A stretch of 64,000 nucleotides of DNA from Candidatus Latescibacterota bacterium (GCA_965217865.1 CBDCJO010000002.1:2016001-2080000); one strand, 5' to 3'; counted from the stretch's first letter, positions 20,988 to 32,186 are shown. Notes: a model not told the origin generated them from the sequence alone. Made by a program: numbers and translations.

Positions 20988-22004
20988 TCAGTCCCACACC
21001 TTTTCCCATCGTCCGCTTTCGAGGGATCGATACATGGCCAGTGCCGTGCGCAACTCCCCTAGGGATTCCTCAGGTCCCGCCTCAGGCGATTTGCCGGTTA
21101 TCACTGCTTTCGCAAAGTCATCGATGCAGGGGCCGAACGACCTGGCATACCCCTGGGGCTCGGCCATCAACTTCCCCTCCCGGTTATCCGGATCGAACAG
21201 CTTGACCCCCCCGCCAAAGCCCCCTTCGATCACGATCTCCCCAATCGTTCCCGTAATCCGCCACCAGGGATCCGGGGCCAAAACCGAGTCGACCATCATT
21301 CCATCGAATCCGGCGATCTTTCCCGACTCGAACCGAATGAGCGAACGGAAAAGAGACTCCCCTTCCATCCGCTTCAGGGGATTGTCCACGGCCGCCACGA
21401 CCGCGTCGATCTCTCCCATCCACATCCGGAGAGGGCGAATCCAGTGCGATCCACCGTCGATGGCGATGCCTCCCCCCGCTCGGGATCTCTCATAACGCCA
21501 GGGGCTCTTCTCTTTGAACCAGTAGTCGTCGAATTCCATGCAGAAAGCCGCTCGGGCGGTGATCACCTCCCCAATTGCACCCGATTCTATTATTCTCCTG
21601 GCCTCAAGGATTTCAGGCCAGTACTGGGCGTTTTCAGCCACCATGAACACCGTCCCGGCCGCCTTCGCCGCAGCCATGATCCGGTTGCACGAATCGAGCG
21701 TGGGTGCCATCGGTTTTTCGAGAAGCACGTGCTTTCCGGCCTGGAAAGCCTGAATGGCCACCGCCTCGTGGAGGTCGTGGGGAAGCATCAGGTCCACCGC
21801 CTCGAATCCCCCTTCGGCCACGGCCTCGGCCATGGAGGGGAAGACCCTTGCACCCGTCTCCCGGGCAATCCGCTCAGCTCTCTCAAGGTCGGGGTCCACA
21901 GCAGCCGTTACCCGGATCCTGTCCTCGAAAGCCTTGATCCCATCCAGATGGTAACGGGAAATCGCGCCGCAACCCACGAATGCCAGATTTAGGAAATCGG
22001 CCAT
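20988..22004 (-). CDS. Gfo/Idh/MocA family oxidoreductase
   Basis: FVGCGAIS, GKHVLLEKPMA, GGGIAIDGGSHW. Confidence 0.9.
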   Translation of the reverse strand: MADFLNLAFVGCGAISRYHLDGIKAFEDRIRVTAAVDPDLERAERIARETGARVFPSMAEAVAEGGFEAVDLMLPHDLHEAVAIQAFQAGKHVLLEKPMAPTLDSCNRIMAAAKAAGTVFMVAENAQYWPEILEARRIIESGAIGEVITARAAFCMEFDDYWFKEKSPWRYERSRAGGGIAIDGGSHWIRPLRMWMGEIDAVVAAVDNPLKRMEGESLFRSLIRFESGKIAGFDGMMVDSVLAPDPWWRITGTIGEIVIEGGFGGGVKLFDPDNREGKLMAEPQGYARSFGPCIDDFAKAVITGKSPEAGPEESLGELRTALAMYRSLESGRWEKVWD

Positions 22005-22130
22005 CTTCTTACTCGTTAATTATAAATGAGTTGTAGCTTGCACCCAGGGGCAACCGCCGCACATACGATGATTTATGCCCATATAATTTTTCACTTTACA
22101 ATTTACATTTTTCATTTTCCACTTTCCCCC

Positions 22131-23177
22131 TTACCCGATCTCCACCCGTTCTTCACCCTCAGTCACTTCTCCTATCCGGTATGGTCGCTCCCCAAGCCCC
22201 CTGAGGATATCACTTGCCTGATCCGCCTGGTCAGTCGCCACCACGATCACATAACCGATCCCCATGTTGAAAACCCGGAACATCTCTTCCTCCTTCACGT
22301 CTCCCATCTCCTTCAACGAGAGAAAGACCGGATTCACAGGCCAGGATCCGCTTTGGATCGTGGCACCAAGGCCGGACGGCAGGATGCGAGGCACGTTATT
22401 GATCAACCCACCCCCTGTGATGTGCACCATACCCTTCACCGTTAGCTGTTCAAGGAGTTGTCTGATCACGGCCACATAGCTGCGGTGAGGTCTGAGCAAT
22501 TCTTCCCCCACGGTTCCCCCCCAACCCTCCATCCGAGATTCGAGAGTCAATCCCGACACGTCGAACACCAGCTTGCGAGCCAGGGAATAGCCGTTGGAGT
22601 GGAGGCCGTCTGAGGCAAGTCCGATCAGCACATCCCCGGGTCGAATCGTGGCGCCGTCGATGATCCTCGATCGTTCAACGATCCCCACGATGGTCCCCGC
22701 CAGGTCGTACTCTCCGGGTTGGTAAAAATCCGGTAGGGTTGCCGTCTCTCCACCAACCAGAGCGCACCCGACGAGACGGCAACCTTCGGCCACCCCGGCT
22801 ACGAGGGCCAGGGTCACATCCGGGTCGTGAGATCCCATCCCGATATAGTCCAGGAAGAAGAGAGGATTTGCCCCCTGAACGAGAATGTCGTTCGCGCAAT
22901 GGGCGACCAGATCGATCCCGACCGTGTTGTGGGTACCCGTCATAAATGCAAGCTTCAGCTTAGTTCCGACACTATCCACACTTGAGACAAGGACAGGCTC
23001 TCGATAAGAACCCAGCTCGGGAGCGAACAGCCCTCCGAACCCCCCGAGATCTGCGAGGACCTCCGGTCCGAAGGTAGACCGGACAATCGACTTCATCCGG
23101 CGTTTCGTCTGATCAGCGGCTTCGATGTCCACTCCTGCGGCTGCGTATGCGTCCTTTTTCGGCACGGAACCGGCCAT
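22131..23177 (-). CDS. purM: phosphoribosylformylglycinamidine cyclo-ligase
   Basis: YAAAGVDI, GGFGGLF, DSVGTK, GGETA, GLHSNGYSL, HITGGG, FNMGIG. Confidence 0.97.
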   Translation of the reverse strand: MAGSVPKKDAYAAAGVDIEAADQTKRRMKSIVRSTFGPEVLADLGGFGGLFAPELGSYREPVLVSSVDSVGTKLKLAFMTGTHNTVGIDLVAHCANDILVQGANPLFFLDYIGMGSHDPDVTLALVAGVAEGCRLVGCALVGGETATLPDFYQPGEYDLAGTIVGIVERSRIIDGATIRPGDVLIGLASDGLHSNGYSLARKLVFDVSGLTLESRMEGWGGTVGEELLRPHRSYVAVIRQLLEQLTVKGMVHITGGGLINNVPRILPSGLGATIQSGSWPVNPVFLSLKEMGDVKEEEMFRVFNMGIGYVIVVATDQADQASDILRGLGERPYRIGEVTEGEERVEIG

Positions 23178-23341
23178 ATAAATTCCTTATCGCTATAAAT
23201 TGATGATAATATGTGAGTAGAGGAGGCTACTTCGAGGCAAATGAGCCAAAGAAGGGGATGAGCCTTCTTCGGGTGATACGGGACACAAGGTGCGTTCCTG
23301 GGAGGGATTAGAGGCCAAGCGCAAGAGCGCCCGGGGATTCT

Positions 23342-23689
23342 TTATTTGTCCATTCCATTGAGCAGTTTATCCCGGGCTTCCAGTTCTTGAAGCCGGAGGC
23401 TAAGTTCCTGTGTTCGCTCCTCCACACGCCTTTCCAGGTGCTCGTTCGCTTCAACCCCGCCAACTTCGAATGCCTTTACCTTGTCCAGCGGCTCGTCCAA
23501 TGCACTGATAAAGATAACAGGGATCTCTCGTGAACCGGGCTCGGCCTTCAAACGGCGGCAAACCTCGTACCCGTCCATGTCCGGCATTTTGATGTCAAGC
23601 AGGATCAGGTCGAGAGGGGCCGATCGCGCCGCGGTGAGGGCCATAGGACCGCTCGATACCCCCCGCACTTCTTCGGGGCTGTTCATCAT
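23342..23689 (-). pseudogene. response-regulator receiver fragment
   Basis: DLILLDIKMPDMDGYEVC...IPVIFISA...KAFEVGG; lacks the N-terminal acidic pair, the KP motif and an output domain. Confidence 0.65.
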
Positions 23690-23807
23690 GAATTCTCCTG
23701 TTTTTTTATCTTCTACAAGTGGCGCAATCAGGCCACTTTACTTTTCTTGTTGGATCCACCGCCAAGCGAAGGAGCGCCCCTATTGATACAACTACCATGT
23801 GAGCTAT

Positions 23808-24575
23808 TTAATGCGGAATGATTTCCCCCTTCGAGGCAAGCTTTTTATATGCCTTTCGAACCTTTTGTACAATGACAGGATCTGAATCTTTATTAAAAGT
23901 CATATACTCAGAAACGCTCCAAGGAGAAAATACCTTTTGAAACAATTCCTTTTTTACCCCCATTTTCGCTAATATTTTCTTCTCTTTTCCCTCAGAAAAA
24001 AACTTATCAAAAATAGGTTCACCCATGAAAATTAAATCAATTCTTCCTCTTGCCAGCATTATAAGTGTCTGGTTGTAAGTGGGGACATTTGAAATAAAGG
24101 GAAATTTGTGTTGAATCAAATAATCATGGTAGGATGAACCGTTCATGACACCTATATAGTGTTTTTTCGCTTCATTTAGTTCACTTTGGATATTGAGTTT
24201 TACATCCTTGTTTCCTTTTAGTTTGTAAAACGATATTTTGGTAGGTTTACTCACGGGACCAACCCACTCAAACCATGGCTCCCGTTTAACCGTTCTTGAT
24301 GCGGAATAAAGAAGGTAGTTCTTTTGGGTCTTAGCGGATTTAAAGGCTCTGGCCCAAGGGAGAACCTCTATCTCATATTCTATGCCTGCTTTGGAAAGGC
24401 ATTTTCTTACTATTTCAGTAGCATAGCCAACTACTTCACGGTTTTCGTCCACATAGTTGTATGGAGGAAAGTTTTCAGTAACTACATAGACGAAATAAGT
24501 AGGTTTATTAATTTCTTCAGCTTGGGCTTCCAAAGCGAGAAAGGAAAGGGCAGATAAGATTACCAGTCCGACCAT
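23808..24575 (-). CDS. periplasmic solute-binding protein, family 3 type
   Basis: TENFPPYNY, LPWARA, RTVKREPWFEWVGP, GRIDL; signal peptide; AT-rich. Confidence 0.82.
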   Translation of the reverse strand: MVGLVILSALSFLALEAQAEEINKPTYFVYVVTENFPPYNYVDENREVVGYATEIVRKCLSKAGIEYEIEVLPWARAFKSAKTQKNYLLYSASRTVKREPWFEWVGPVSKPTKISFYKLKGNKDVKLNIQSELNEAKKHYIGVMNGSSYHDYLIQHKFPFISNVPTYNQTLIMLARGRIDLIFMGEPIFDKFFSEGKEKKILAKMGVKKELFQKVFSPWSVSEYMTFNKDSDPVIVQKVRKAYKKLASKGEIIPH

Positions 24576-24628
24576 AACTTAACGCCTCATATGGTACTTA
24601 TAGTCACGTAACCCCAACATAAAGGGGA

Positions 24629-24657
24629 TTGACAGGTGAACTGTTGGGCAGTATATT
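24629..24657 (+). promoter_or_regulatory. near-consensus sigma70 promoter with no downstream ORF
   Basis: TTGACA, 17 nt, TATATT; AAAGGAGG follows at about 24682. Confidence 0.5.
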
Positions 24658-24930
24658 GGAAAGTAAATTCGAGCTTCGAAGAAAGGAGGAGTCACCGATT
24701 ACTTAGGTAAGAAGCGATACTTTAGGGCCAGGTCCAGAACAAATGGGGACAAGGTAAGTCTCAATCTCTTCGCCAGCCGAATTTCCCTTATCCGATCTCG
24801 AACATTCATAATATGTGAATATAGATACATTGGGTATTGCCATCAAAGATAATTCATAGAATATGAATTTAGACAATTTGGCGCGATCCCCATGTTTGAC
24901 TTCGGACTCCGGACTTCATTGGCTTTCCCT

Positions 24931-26696
24931 CTACTCGCCTTCGTCCATAAGATTTTCGATCTCCGCCAGGGCGATGGCGGTGCTCCGTAGCTGAAACGTC
25001 CGGGGTGAATCATAATCGAGCGAGTCTTTTTCGAAGATCACTCCGTGCTGCATCGCCGATTGTTTACGGGTAGATAGCCCCTCCGAAAGATCCTTGCTCA
25101 CCAGCCTGATCGCTCTTTTATAAGGGTGACCGTAACCACCGCCCCCCGGGGTCTCAACAAGAACGCGATCCCCGGCCTTCAATACGACCCCTTCCGCCTT
25201 CATCGGTGATATGGTTTGTTCGGTTCCAGGGGCTCGAAGTGTCTCATACCCTCGGAGATTATACGAATCCCTGTTTTTGCCCCTCTGGTCCCCCCCATCA
25301 ATCCCTCTGCGCCTCGCCTGCACCGGTCGCCGAACAGGGTCAACACGGCCTCCCCGGACAACAATTCAAACGAAAAGGAAACCCCCATCCCTCCCCTGTA
25401 ACGACCCGCACCACCTGATCCCGGACGGACGGCATACTTCAACACACGGATCGGGTACCGTTCTTCCAAGTCTTCCAGAGGCGGCATCTCCCCGAAAGTC
25501 GAGAAACCGCTCCCGTTTGTTAGACCGTCTCCACGGGCACTTGCCCCCAGACCCCCGCCCATGCTCAGCGTCATCAGATAGTTCCCGAATCCATCTGCTT
25601 TACCGTGCAGGGAGAGGTGACACGCCGAGGCAAAATCCATTGCCCCTGCCCGTGCAGGATCCCCGCCCGCGAGGGCTGCGGTCACCGCCGCCACCACCCG
25701 CCCAGCCACCTCGATCGAACCCGACACCGGTTGTGGGGACCGGGCATTCAGGAAGGAAGACCCTGGCAGCGATATAGAGATCCCCTGAAACGCGGCCGTA
25801 TGTGCAGGCACCCCGGGGAAGAGGTTACGAAGTGCGACCCGACAGGCGGCTGCCGTCAGTCCCGAAGGGCAGTTTAAAGGTCCGGTGGAAGGTCCGTCGC
25901 TTCCACGAAAGTCCACCTGAAGAGCCTGTCCCGCAACACGCACCGTGGTCACGATCTTCATACCTCTGTCCACGACACCATCTCCGTCCAGAACATCCTC
26001 AAACCTGTAACAGCCGTCCGGGAAGTCCCGAACCTCCTCTGTCAACGCCCCCTCCGCACGGCGCGCCATATCGATCTCGGCCTCCCGCACGGCATCAACT
26101 CCGTAGCGATCCACCAGATCTCGAAGGCGCTCCAACCCCGCGTCCAGACAGTCAAGCTGGGCTTGAAGCATCCCCCGTAACAGGTCATCGAAACGGGCGT
26201 TCGATGCAAGAAAGTCCACAAGATTAGGACCCGGCTCATTTCCCCCCTTGTCTCGGAACCGTCGCCAAGGAATAACGATTCCCTCCTGATGAACTTCCGT
26301 TGCCCCCGGGCTGAATCCACCCGGTGCTCGGCCACCCAGATCGGGATAGCGGACAACATTTCCAACGAAGAAAAGGGGCTCGCCTTTTACAAAAAAGGGT
26401 GCGAACATGCGCAGATCCGCCAGGGAAGACCCGCCGGAGAAAGGGTCGTTTCCAATGAACACATCCCCCGGAGAAAATCCATGAATTCTGTTTCTGAGTC
26501 CCTGGAGCCCGAATGGAATCGTAGCCGCCAGGAGGGGATGGCTCAAGCTCCCATGAACAATGAGACCTGCCGGACCGCAAATTCCGGAGGCGACTGCGGG
26601 TAAACCAACTCGGTTTAAACCCTCATACGAGGCGTCCATTCCGTCCGCAGCGGCGCAGAGCCGTTCGGTGATTCGATTTAAGATCAGAGGCGTCAT
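24931..26696 (-). CDS. hydantoinase B/oxoprolinase family protein, frameshift between about 25200 and 25300
   Basis: PGDVFIGNDPFSGG, EVHQEG, GPLNC, SGGAGRYRGG; C-terminal GDRVLVETPGGGGYG lies in the second frame. Confidence 0.85.
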
Positions 26697-26818
26697 TTTA
26701 GCTCAGTTGTAACTTTGTTGAGGGGCTCTCTGCTCCAAGATCCCATTCGGGAAACGGAAGCCAACCAAAAAAACAAGCCCGCGTTTCCGAACCCTCGATC
26801 GGATTAGGCCCATCCCGA

Positions 26819-28531
26819 TCATTCTACTTCCATAACTAGGTGACCCCCGGCCACGACCTCCGCCATCGTCCCGGGTGGGATGGATGTCGTAGAGCCCGAT
26901 TCCTCCACAATAGCCGGTCCGTGAAGATTCGCGCCTTCCGGCAAACGTTCGCGATCGTACAGGTTGCTTTGATAAAACCTGCCTCCGAAATGGACCGCCC
27001 GCTCCCCGATTTTTGCGTCCTCTGTGGACCGCGCCCCTTCCCCTGTTCCGTCTCGGCTCATCAGCTTGACAATCTTATCCTCGGAAACCCTGATCGTCAA
27101 CCCCCCGCAGGCCGAGAAAACCCCCGCGCGATGGGGGACGACCACCTTCTTAAAACCGAGCTCCTTCGCGATACACGCGGCGTGCAGAGGACCCGCGCCG
27201 CCATAGGCCACCAGAATGAACCCCTCCAGAGAGAGACATCGCCGGGCAGCCATAAACCGTATGGCATCGGCCATCTTCGCGTCCACCGCATCGCCTACAT
27301 TGGCAGCTGCGTCCACCTCCTTCAACCGATAAGGACGTCCGATTTTTTCTGCCACAACACGGCGGGCCGCATCGAAATCGAGGCGCCTCCCTGGGATGAA
27401 TTGCGCCTTCGGATCGATACGCCCCATGAGGAGGTCCGCATCCGCGACAGTGGGATGATACTTCTGACGACCATAACATACCGGACCTGGAAAGGCCCCG
27501 ACACTATCCGGACCGACCTTCATGAAACCATCCGGATCGACCCGGGCGATACTCCCGCCACCCGCACCCACTGCGGAGATGTCCAGCATCGGGATGGCGA
27601 TCGGTAGGCCGAACCGGATCTCCCGATTTCGCGTTAAGGCCGGTTTTCCCTCTTGGACGATCGAAGAGTCGAAACTGGTACCTCCCATATCAGCGGTTAC
27701 AAAATTCTGAAAACCGAGGGAACGACAGAGTGCCGCGGCTCCGATGACACCCGCCGAGGGCCCTGAAAGGGCGGTGGATATCGCTTGAAATCGTTCGGAA
27801 TCTTCCCGCAGCAACCTTCCGTTCGACTCCACAAGGCGTAGAATGCCGGTAAACCCTTCCCCTGAAAGGGCAACGCTCAAATTATCCAGATAATCCCGGA
27901 CCAACGGCGTCACCGCTGCATTGGATGCGGCGGTGGAAGTTCGTTCGAACTCAGGACCACCGGGACAAACCTCTCCTCCCACCGACACGGGAATGGATGG
28001 GAGCGCCTTCCGAATACATTCGGCCGCTTTTCGTTCGTTTTCCCCTTTTGGACCGTGAAGGAAGCTGATGGCGATACATTCCGCTCCCATATCGATCAAT
28101 CGTCGCGCGGCCGACAGGGCTTCTTCCTCATCGACCCGGATCACGACCCGGCCGTCCGGTCCGGTCCGTTCGTTCACCTCCACCCGCCGGTTCCGGGGGA
28201 TCAAGGGTTCGAAGGGGGGGTGAAGACCGAATGGAACCGGCCGATCCCGCCTCCGGAGATCCAGCAGATCTCGAAATCCCCGCGTCGTGATCAAACCACA
28301 GGATGCAACCTTACCCTGGATCAGCGCATTCGTGGCCACCGTGGTCCCGTGCACGATCTCTTCCACAGCCTTCGGAGACAGACCGCACGCCTCTAACGCA
28401 TTCATCACCCCCTCCCCGTAGTCACGCGGGGTGGTGGCGACCTTCGCAGCTCGGATCCCTCCCCCCGAAAGGTCGCAGACGATGATATCCGTGAACGTCC
28501 CGCCGATGTCGATGCCCACCAAGAGCCCCAT
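26819..28531 (-). CDS. hydantoinase A/oxoprolinase family protein (short)
   Basis: GIDIGGTFTD, HGTTVATNA, SGPSAG, DMGGTSFD, GAGGGSIA, YGGAGPLH, GPAIVEE. Confidence 0.9.
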   Translation of the reverse strand: MGLLVGIDIGGTFTDIIVCDLSGGGIRAAKVATTPRDYGEGVMNALEACGLSPKAVEEIVHGTTVATNALIQGKVASCGLITTRGFRDLLDLRRRDRPVPFGLHPPFEPLIPRNRRVEVNERTGPDGRVVIRVDEEEALSAARRLIDMGAECIAISFLHGPKGENERKAAECIRKALPSIPVSVGGEVCPGGPEFERTSTAASNAAVTPLVRDYLDNLSVALSGEGFTGILRLVESNGRLLREDSERFQAISTALSGPSAGVIGAAALCRSLGFQNFVTADMGGTSFDSSIVQEGKPALTRNREIRFGLPIAIPMLDISAVGAGGGSIARVDPDGFMKVGPDSVGAFPGPVCYGRQKYHPTVADADLLMGRIDPKAQFIPGRRLDFDAARRVVAEKIGRPYRLKEVDAAANVGDAVDAKMADAIRFMAARRCLSLEGFILVAYGGAGPLHAACIAKELGFKKVVVPHRAGVFSACGGLTIRVSEDKIVKLMSRDGTGEGARSTEDAKIGERAVHFGGRFYQSNLYDRERLPEGANLHGPAIVEESGSTTSIPPGTMAEVVAGGHLVMEVE

Positions 28532-28600
28532 CAAATCCTCGGAGAACCGGTTTCAACATCATTTTGCACTTTGCACTTTGCATTTTGCTATTCCCTTCCC

Positions 28601-29776
28601 TCACTCCAACCACTGCATCGGATCCTCCGGGTCGCTCCCCTTCATGATTTCAAAGTGGAGAGTCGACCGCTGATCGAGTGTGCCCGTGTTTCCGGAAATC
28701 GCAATCGTCTCCCCTGCCTTCACACGGTCCTCGACCTGGACGAAGACTTCCCTTAGATGTGCATAGAGGGTATAGTATCCATCATCGTGGCCGACCAGGG
28801 CGAACAGCCCATAACCCCGGAACCAATCCACGGCGGCCACCTCTCCGACTGCAATGCTCCTGATCCGGGAGCCTTCCGGCGCCTTGATCTCGATCCCCCG
28901 ATTGAAAGTCCAGGTTTTGAGTTTCGGATCCTGAACCCGTCCGAATCGGCTGACAACCTTTCCCGTAATAGGCCATCGCATTCGACCCCGAAGTCCCGAA
29001 AAGGTTCCGGTGTGTTTTACGATTCGTTTGCCCGCACGTTCCGCTTCCGCGATCAACTCGCGGAGTGCGTCTTCGCTTCTCTTACGGTCGCGGATGAGCT
29101 GCGCCTCAGCGGCCTTGTAGGCCTTCACATTCTTTCTCACGCGGGTGAGAAAACGCTTCCGGGCCCGAACCTGTTCGCCGAGGGACCCGACCTGGGTCTG
29201 CTTCTCCTTCCGGATCGTTTCAAAGGCATCCTCCTGGGCAAACAACCGGGCACGCGTAGCGGCCACAGCGTCCCGGTCCTTCAGAATCGCCTCGAAGTCC
29301 TTTCGGTCTTGCTTGGCTACCGCCGACAGATATCGCGATCGACGCAACAAGTCGAAAACCGAATCGACCGACAGGAGTACCTGAAGCCCTCGAAGGCCTT
29401 GAAGCCGGCGGCCGCGCTTGTAAATATCCCGAAGCCGCCTGGCGAACCCGGTCTGTCGTTTAGAAAGCCGTTGTTCCGAATCCTTTAAGGCGATGTCCGC
29501 TTCGTTCTTCTCCTGGGTGAGTTGTTCCGCTTCGGCGTCGAGTCGCTTCAGGTATGTCCTGGCAAGTGCCATCTCCTGATCCAGGGAATCGACTTGCGTC
29601 AGGACATTCTTTTCCCGCGTCATGGTGCGGCGAAGCCGCTCACGGTTCTCTTCAGCCTCCCTCCTGATTTTTTCGATGGAGGTCCTTACCTCATTGATCG
29701 TTCGGCCCGGGGATACCGCCAAAGATACCAACGGAAAAAAGAACGTGAAGACAGCGAAAAGGAGGGGATTCCGCAT
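28601..29776 (-). CDS. envC: murein hydrolase activator EnvC family (coiled coil plus degenerate M23)
   Basis: Signal peptide, long coiled coil, WPITG, YTLYAHL, LHFEI; directly downstream of ftsEX. Confidence 0.85.
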   Translation of the reverse strand: MRNPLLFAVFTFFFPLVSLAVSPGRTINEVRTSIEKIRREAEENRERLRRTMTREKNVLTQVDSLDQEMALARTYLKRLDAEAEQLTQEKNEADIALKDSEQRLSKRQTGFARRLRDIYKRGRRLQGLRGLQVLLSVDSVFDLLRRSRYLSAVAKQDRKDFEAILKDRDAVAATRARLFAQEDAFETIRKEKQTQVGSLGEQVRARKRFLTRVRKNVKAYKAAEAQLIRDRKRSEDALRELIAEAERAGKRIVKHTGTFSGLRGRMRWPITGKVVSRFGRVQDPKLKTWTFNRGIEIKAPEGSRIRSIAVGEVAAVDWFRGYGLFALVGHDDGYYTLYAHLREVFVQVEDRVKAGETIAISGNTGTLDQRSTLHFEIMKGSDPEDPMQWLE

Positions 29777-29807
29777 GGGAAGGAAGAGGCTCCTCGGTCC
29801 AGATGGT

Positions 29808-30677
29808 CTACCGCAAGGCCAGGGTACGAGAGACGCGACGAACGGCGAACAGGCTTGCCAGGGCTCCCAGCACAGCACCAAGAATCACAAGACTCCAGGC
29901 TGTCGTAAGCCCCGAACGAATCGGGAGCTCAGGAAACAAACCGGCCCCCCAGGCATATCCGATCACGATAAGGATCCCCGCGACCAGTCCCCCCCCTGCC
30001 CCCTGTGCCATGCCCGCGATCAAAAACGGGAGGCGAATCAGGCCCTCTCTTGCTCCTACAAGACGCATCACCTCGATGGCCTCCTGCCGAGCGACCACTG
30101 ACAACTGGACGTGGTTCGAGATGGCGAATACGCACGCCAGGCTGACAACAAGACCGAGAACCCCCATGGTGGCAAAAACGATCCGTGTGACCCGTTCCAG
30201 GCGGGAAACCCAGGCCAGACCCGTATCCACCTCCTCCACTCCGGGCCAATCCTGAACCTTTGACGACAGTCCTAGAATCGATTCCGCGTGTTCGGCATCA
30301 GGACTCAGGTGGACCCGAATGGAAGCGGGAAGGGGGTTGTGGGACACCGATTCCAGGAGCCCGCCTCCGAAGGTCTTTCGGAACTCCCTTGCTGCAGTGG
30401 CCTTATCGATATAAGTCGCCCGTTTAACCCCCTTCAACCGGCTTATATCCCGGGTCAGCTGCGCTGCACGGTTATCCGGAACCCCGTCATCGAGGTAGAT
30501 GGCGACCTCAACGCGTTCGTGTGCGGATCGAAGAAGGCGATAGACATTGGCGGTGAGGAGAATAAATGCCCCGATCAGGAGGAGGGAGACAACGAGTGTT
30601 CCTGCCGATACGATCCCGAAAGCCCCTGTTCTGCGCAAACCCACGATCGCTTCGCGGAAGACAAAGGAGATATTCAT
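29808..30677 (-). CDS. ftsX: cell division permease FtsX
   Basis: YIDK..A, NPLPASI, MRLVGA, IRLPF; follows ftsE. Confidence 0.9.
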   Translation of the reverse strand: MNISFVFREAIVGLRRTGAFGIVSAGTLVVSLLLIGAFILLTANVYRLLRSAHERVEVAIYLDDGVPDNRAAQLTRDISRLKGVKRATYIDKATAAREFRKTFGGGLLESVSHNPLPASIRVHLSPDAEHAESILGLSSKVQDWPGVEEVDTGLAWVSRLERVTRIVFATMGVLGLVVSLACVFAISNHVQLSVVARQEAIEVMRLVGAREGLIRLPFLIAGMAQGAGGGLVAGILIVIGYAWGAGLFPELPIRSGLTTAWSLVILGAVLGALASLFAVRRVSRTLALR

Positions 30678-30714
30678 GATTTTTCCTTGCCTCGGATTTG
30701 GACTCGAAACCGAT

Positions 30715-31371
30715 TTACCAGCGATTCTTGATCTTCCCCTCATCCAGGAAGACGGTTGGATTTGGATATTTTCGGGCAAGGTCGACGTCGTGAGTGGCGA
30801 CGATAACCGACGTTCCCTGGCTGTGGATATTGCGGAGTATTTCCATCACTTTTTCCGAGGCAAGTTCATCCAAATTTCCGGTCGGCTCGTCGGCCAGCAG
30901 CAGGAAAGGCTCATTGACAATCGCTCGAGCTATCGCGACCCGCTGGCGCTCCCCGCCCGAGAGATGATTCGGCGATTCATTTCGTTTCTGCGTCATGTTC
31001 ACCGCGACCAGCGCAGCCAATGCCTTCCGGGGGATCAACGATCTGTGAGTCCCTGTAACCTCAAGCGCAAAAGCCACATTTTCCAAAACACTCCGGTCCT
31101 TCAATAGCTTGAAGTCCTGAAAGATGATCCCGATCTTTCGACGTATCAAAGGGATGTCACGACTTCGAACGGATTCCGAGTTGATACCCTCCAATAACAC
31201 GTATCCCCTTGTCGGGCGCTCATCACAATAGATCACGCGCAAAACCGTACTCTTCCCCGCCCCGCTGGGTCCCGCAAGATACAGAAACTCTCCCTTACCG
31301 ACGTGGAAGCTGACGTCTTCGAGGATGGTCGTGGAATCTTTCTCCACCCAGACATTTTGAAGTTCGATCAT
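30715..31371 (-). CDS. ftsE: cell division ATP-binding protein FtsE
   Basis: GPSGAGKST, IFQDFKLL, LSGGERQR, ADEPTGNLD, ATHD. Confidence 0.93.
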   Translation of the reverse strand: MIELQNVWVEKDSTTILEDVSFHVGKGEFLYLAGPSGAGKSTVLRVIYCDERPTRGYVLLEGINSESVRSRDIPLIRRKIGIIFQDFKLLKDRSVLENVAFALEVTGTHRSLIPRKALAALVAVNMTQKRNESPNHLSGGERQRVAIARAIVNEPFLLLADEPTGNLDELASEKVMEILRNIHSQGTSVIVATHDVDLARKYPNPTVFLDEGKIKNRW

Positions 31372-32129
31372 TTCGGTTTCAATACAAAATGAACGCGATC
31401 CGATTCTTCGGTAGCCGTGTTGAGAGTGAACCCATCGTAAGCACCGAGAAGAAGGAAATCTGATCCGGCTACGATGTCCATCACCTCATGAACCCGGTAA
31501 ATCCGCTGTCGATGGGTCTCACGGATCGTCTCGTTGGCCCCCTTGAAATTGATCGTGAAGTCGTTCGTCTGTACCCCATCCTGATAAAAACTGTGGCGGA
31601 CATAAGCGAACCCGTCTCCCGTTTCTCGTTCTGTGATGTTTCGGAAATGGCGAACGGAGTTGGCCTCAGTGCAGATATCGAATAGAAAAAGTCCTTTCTT
31701 GCGGACGAACGGTCGAACCTGCCCGAGCACCTGTACGACCTCATCGATGGACATTAGATAGTTCATGCTGTCATAGATGCAAATAGCGGTGTCGGCAGGC
31801 GTGAGGCCGTCAACGCCCTTCAGGTTCGCAGTGTAAAAGGGGATATCACGCCTCCCCTCCTTGGCTTTTTTCCGGGCTATGGCCAGCATCTCCTCAGAGT
31901 GGTCGACCCCTGTCATCTTATAACCCCGTCGAGAAAGCTCCAGGGTCATGTTTCCTGTGCCACAGGCCAAATCCAATACACTGACAGGATTCGTATCGTG
32001 GTGGGCAAAGATCATCTCGATATAGTCCGCCCACGCCTTGTAATCCACGTGACGCATGACGAAATCATAGATGGCGGCCATTCGGCCATATGGGGGACTG
32101 ACAATTTCCCTGAGAGAAGGATCTTTCAT
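31368..32129 (-). CDS. class I SAM-dependent methyltransferase
   Basis: VLDLACGTG, GVDHSEEML, DSMNYL. Confidence 0.88.
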   Translation of the reverse strand: MKDPSLREIVSPPYGRMAAIYDFVMRHVDYKAWADYIEMIFAHHDTNPVSVLDLACGTGNMTLELSRRGYKMTGVDHSEEMLAIARKKAKEGRRDIPFYTANLKGVDGLTPADTAICIYDSMNYLMSIDEVVQVLGQVRPFVRKKGLFLFDICTEANSVRHFRNITERETGDGFAYVRHSFYQDGVQTNDFTINFKGANETIRETHRQRIYRVHEVMDIVAGSDFLLLGAYDGFTLNTATEESDRVHFVLKPK

Positions 32130-32186
32130 AGTCTCAGGAGAGAGAAAACCATAGGGGGGAGGGAGGGACCTAAGTTCTAGAACCGG

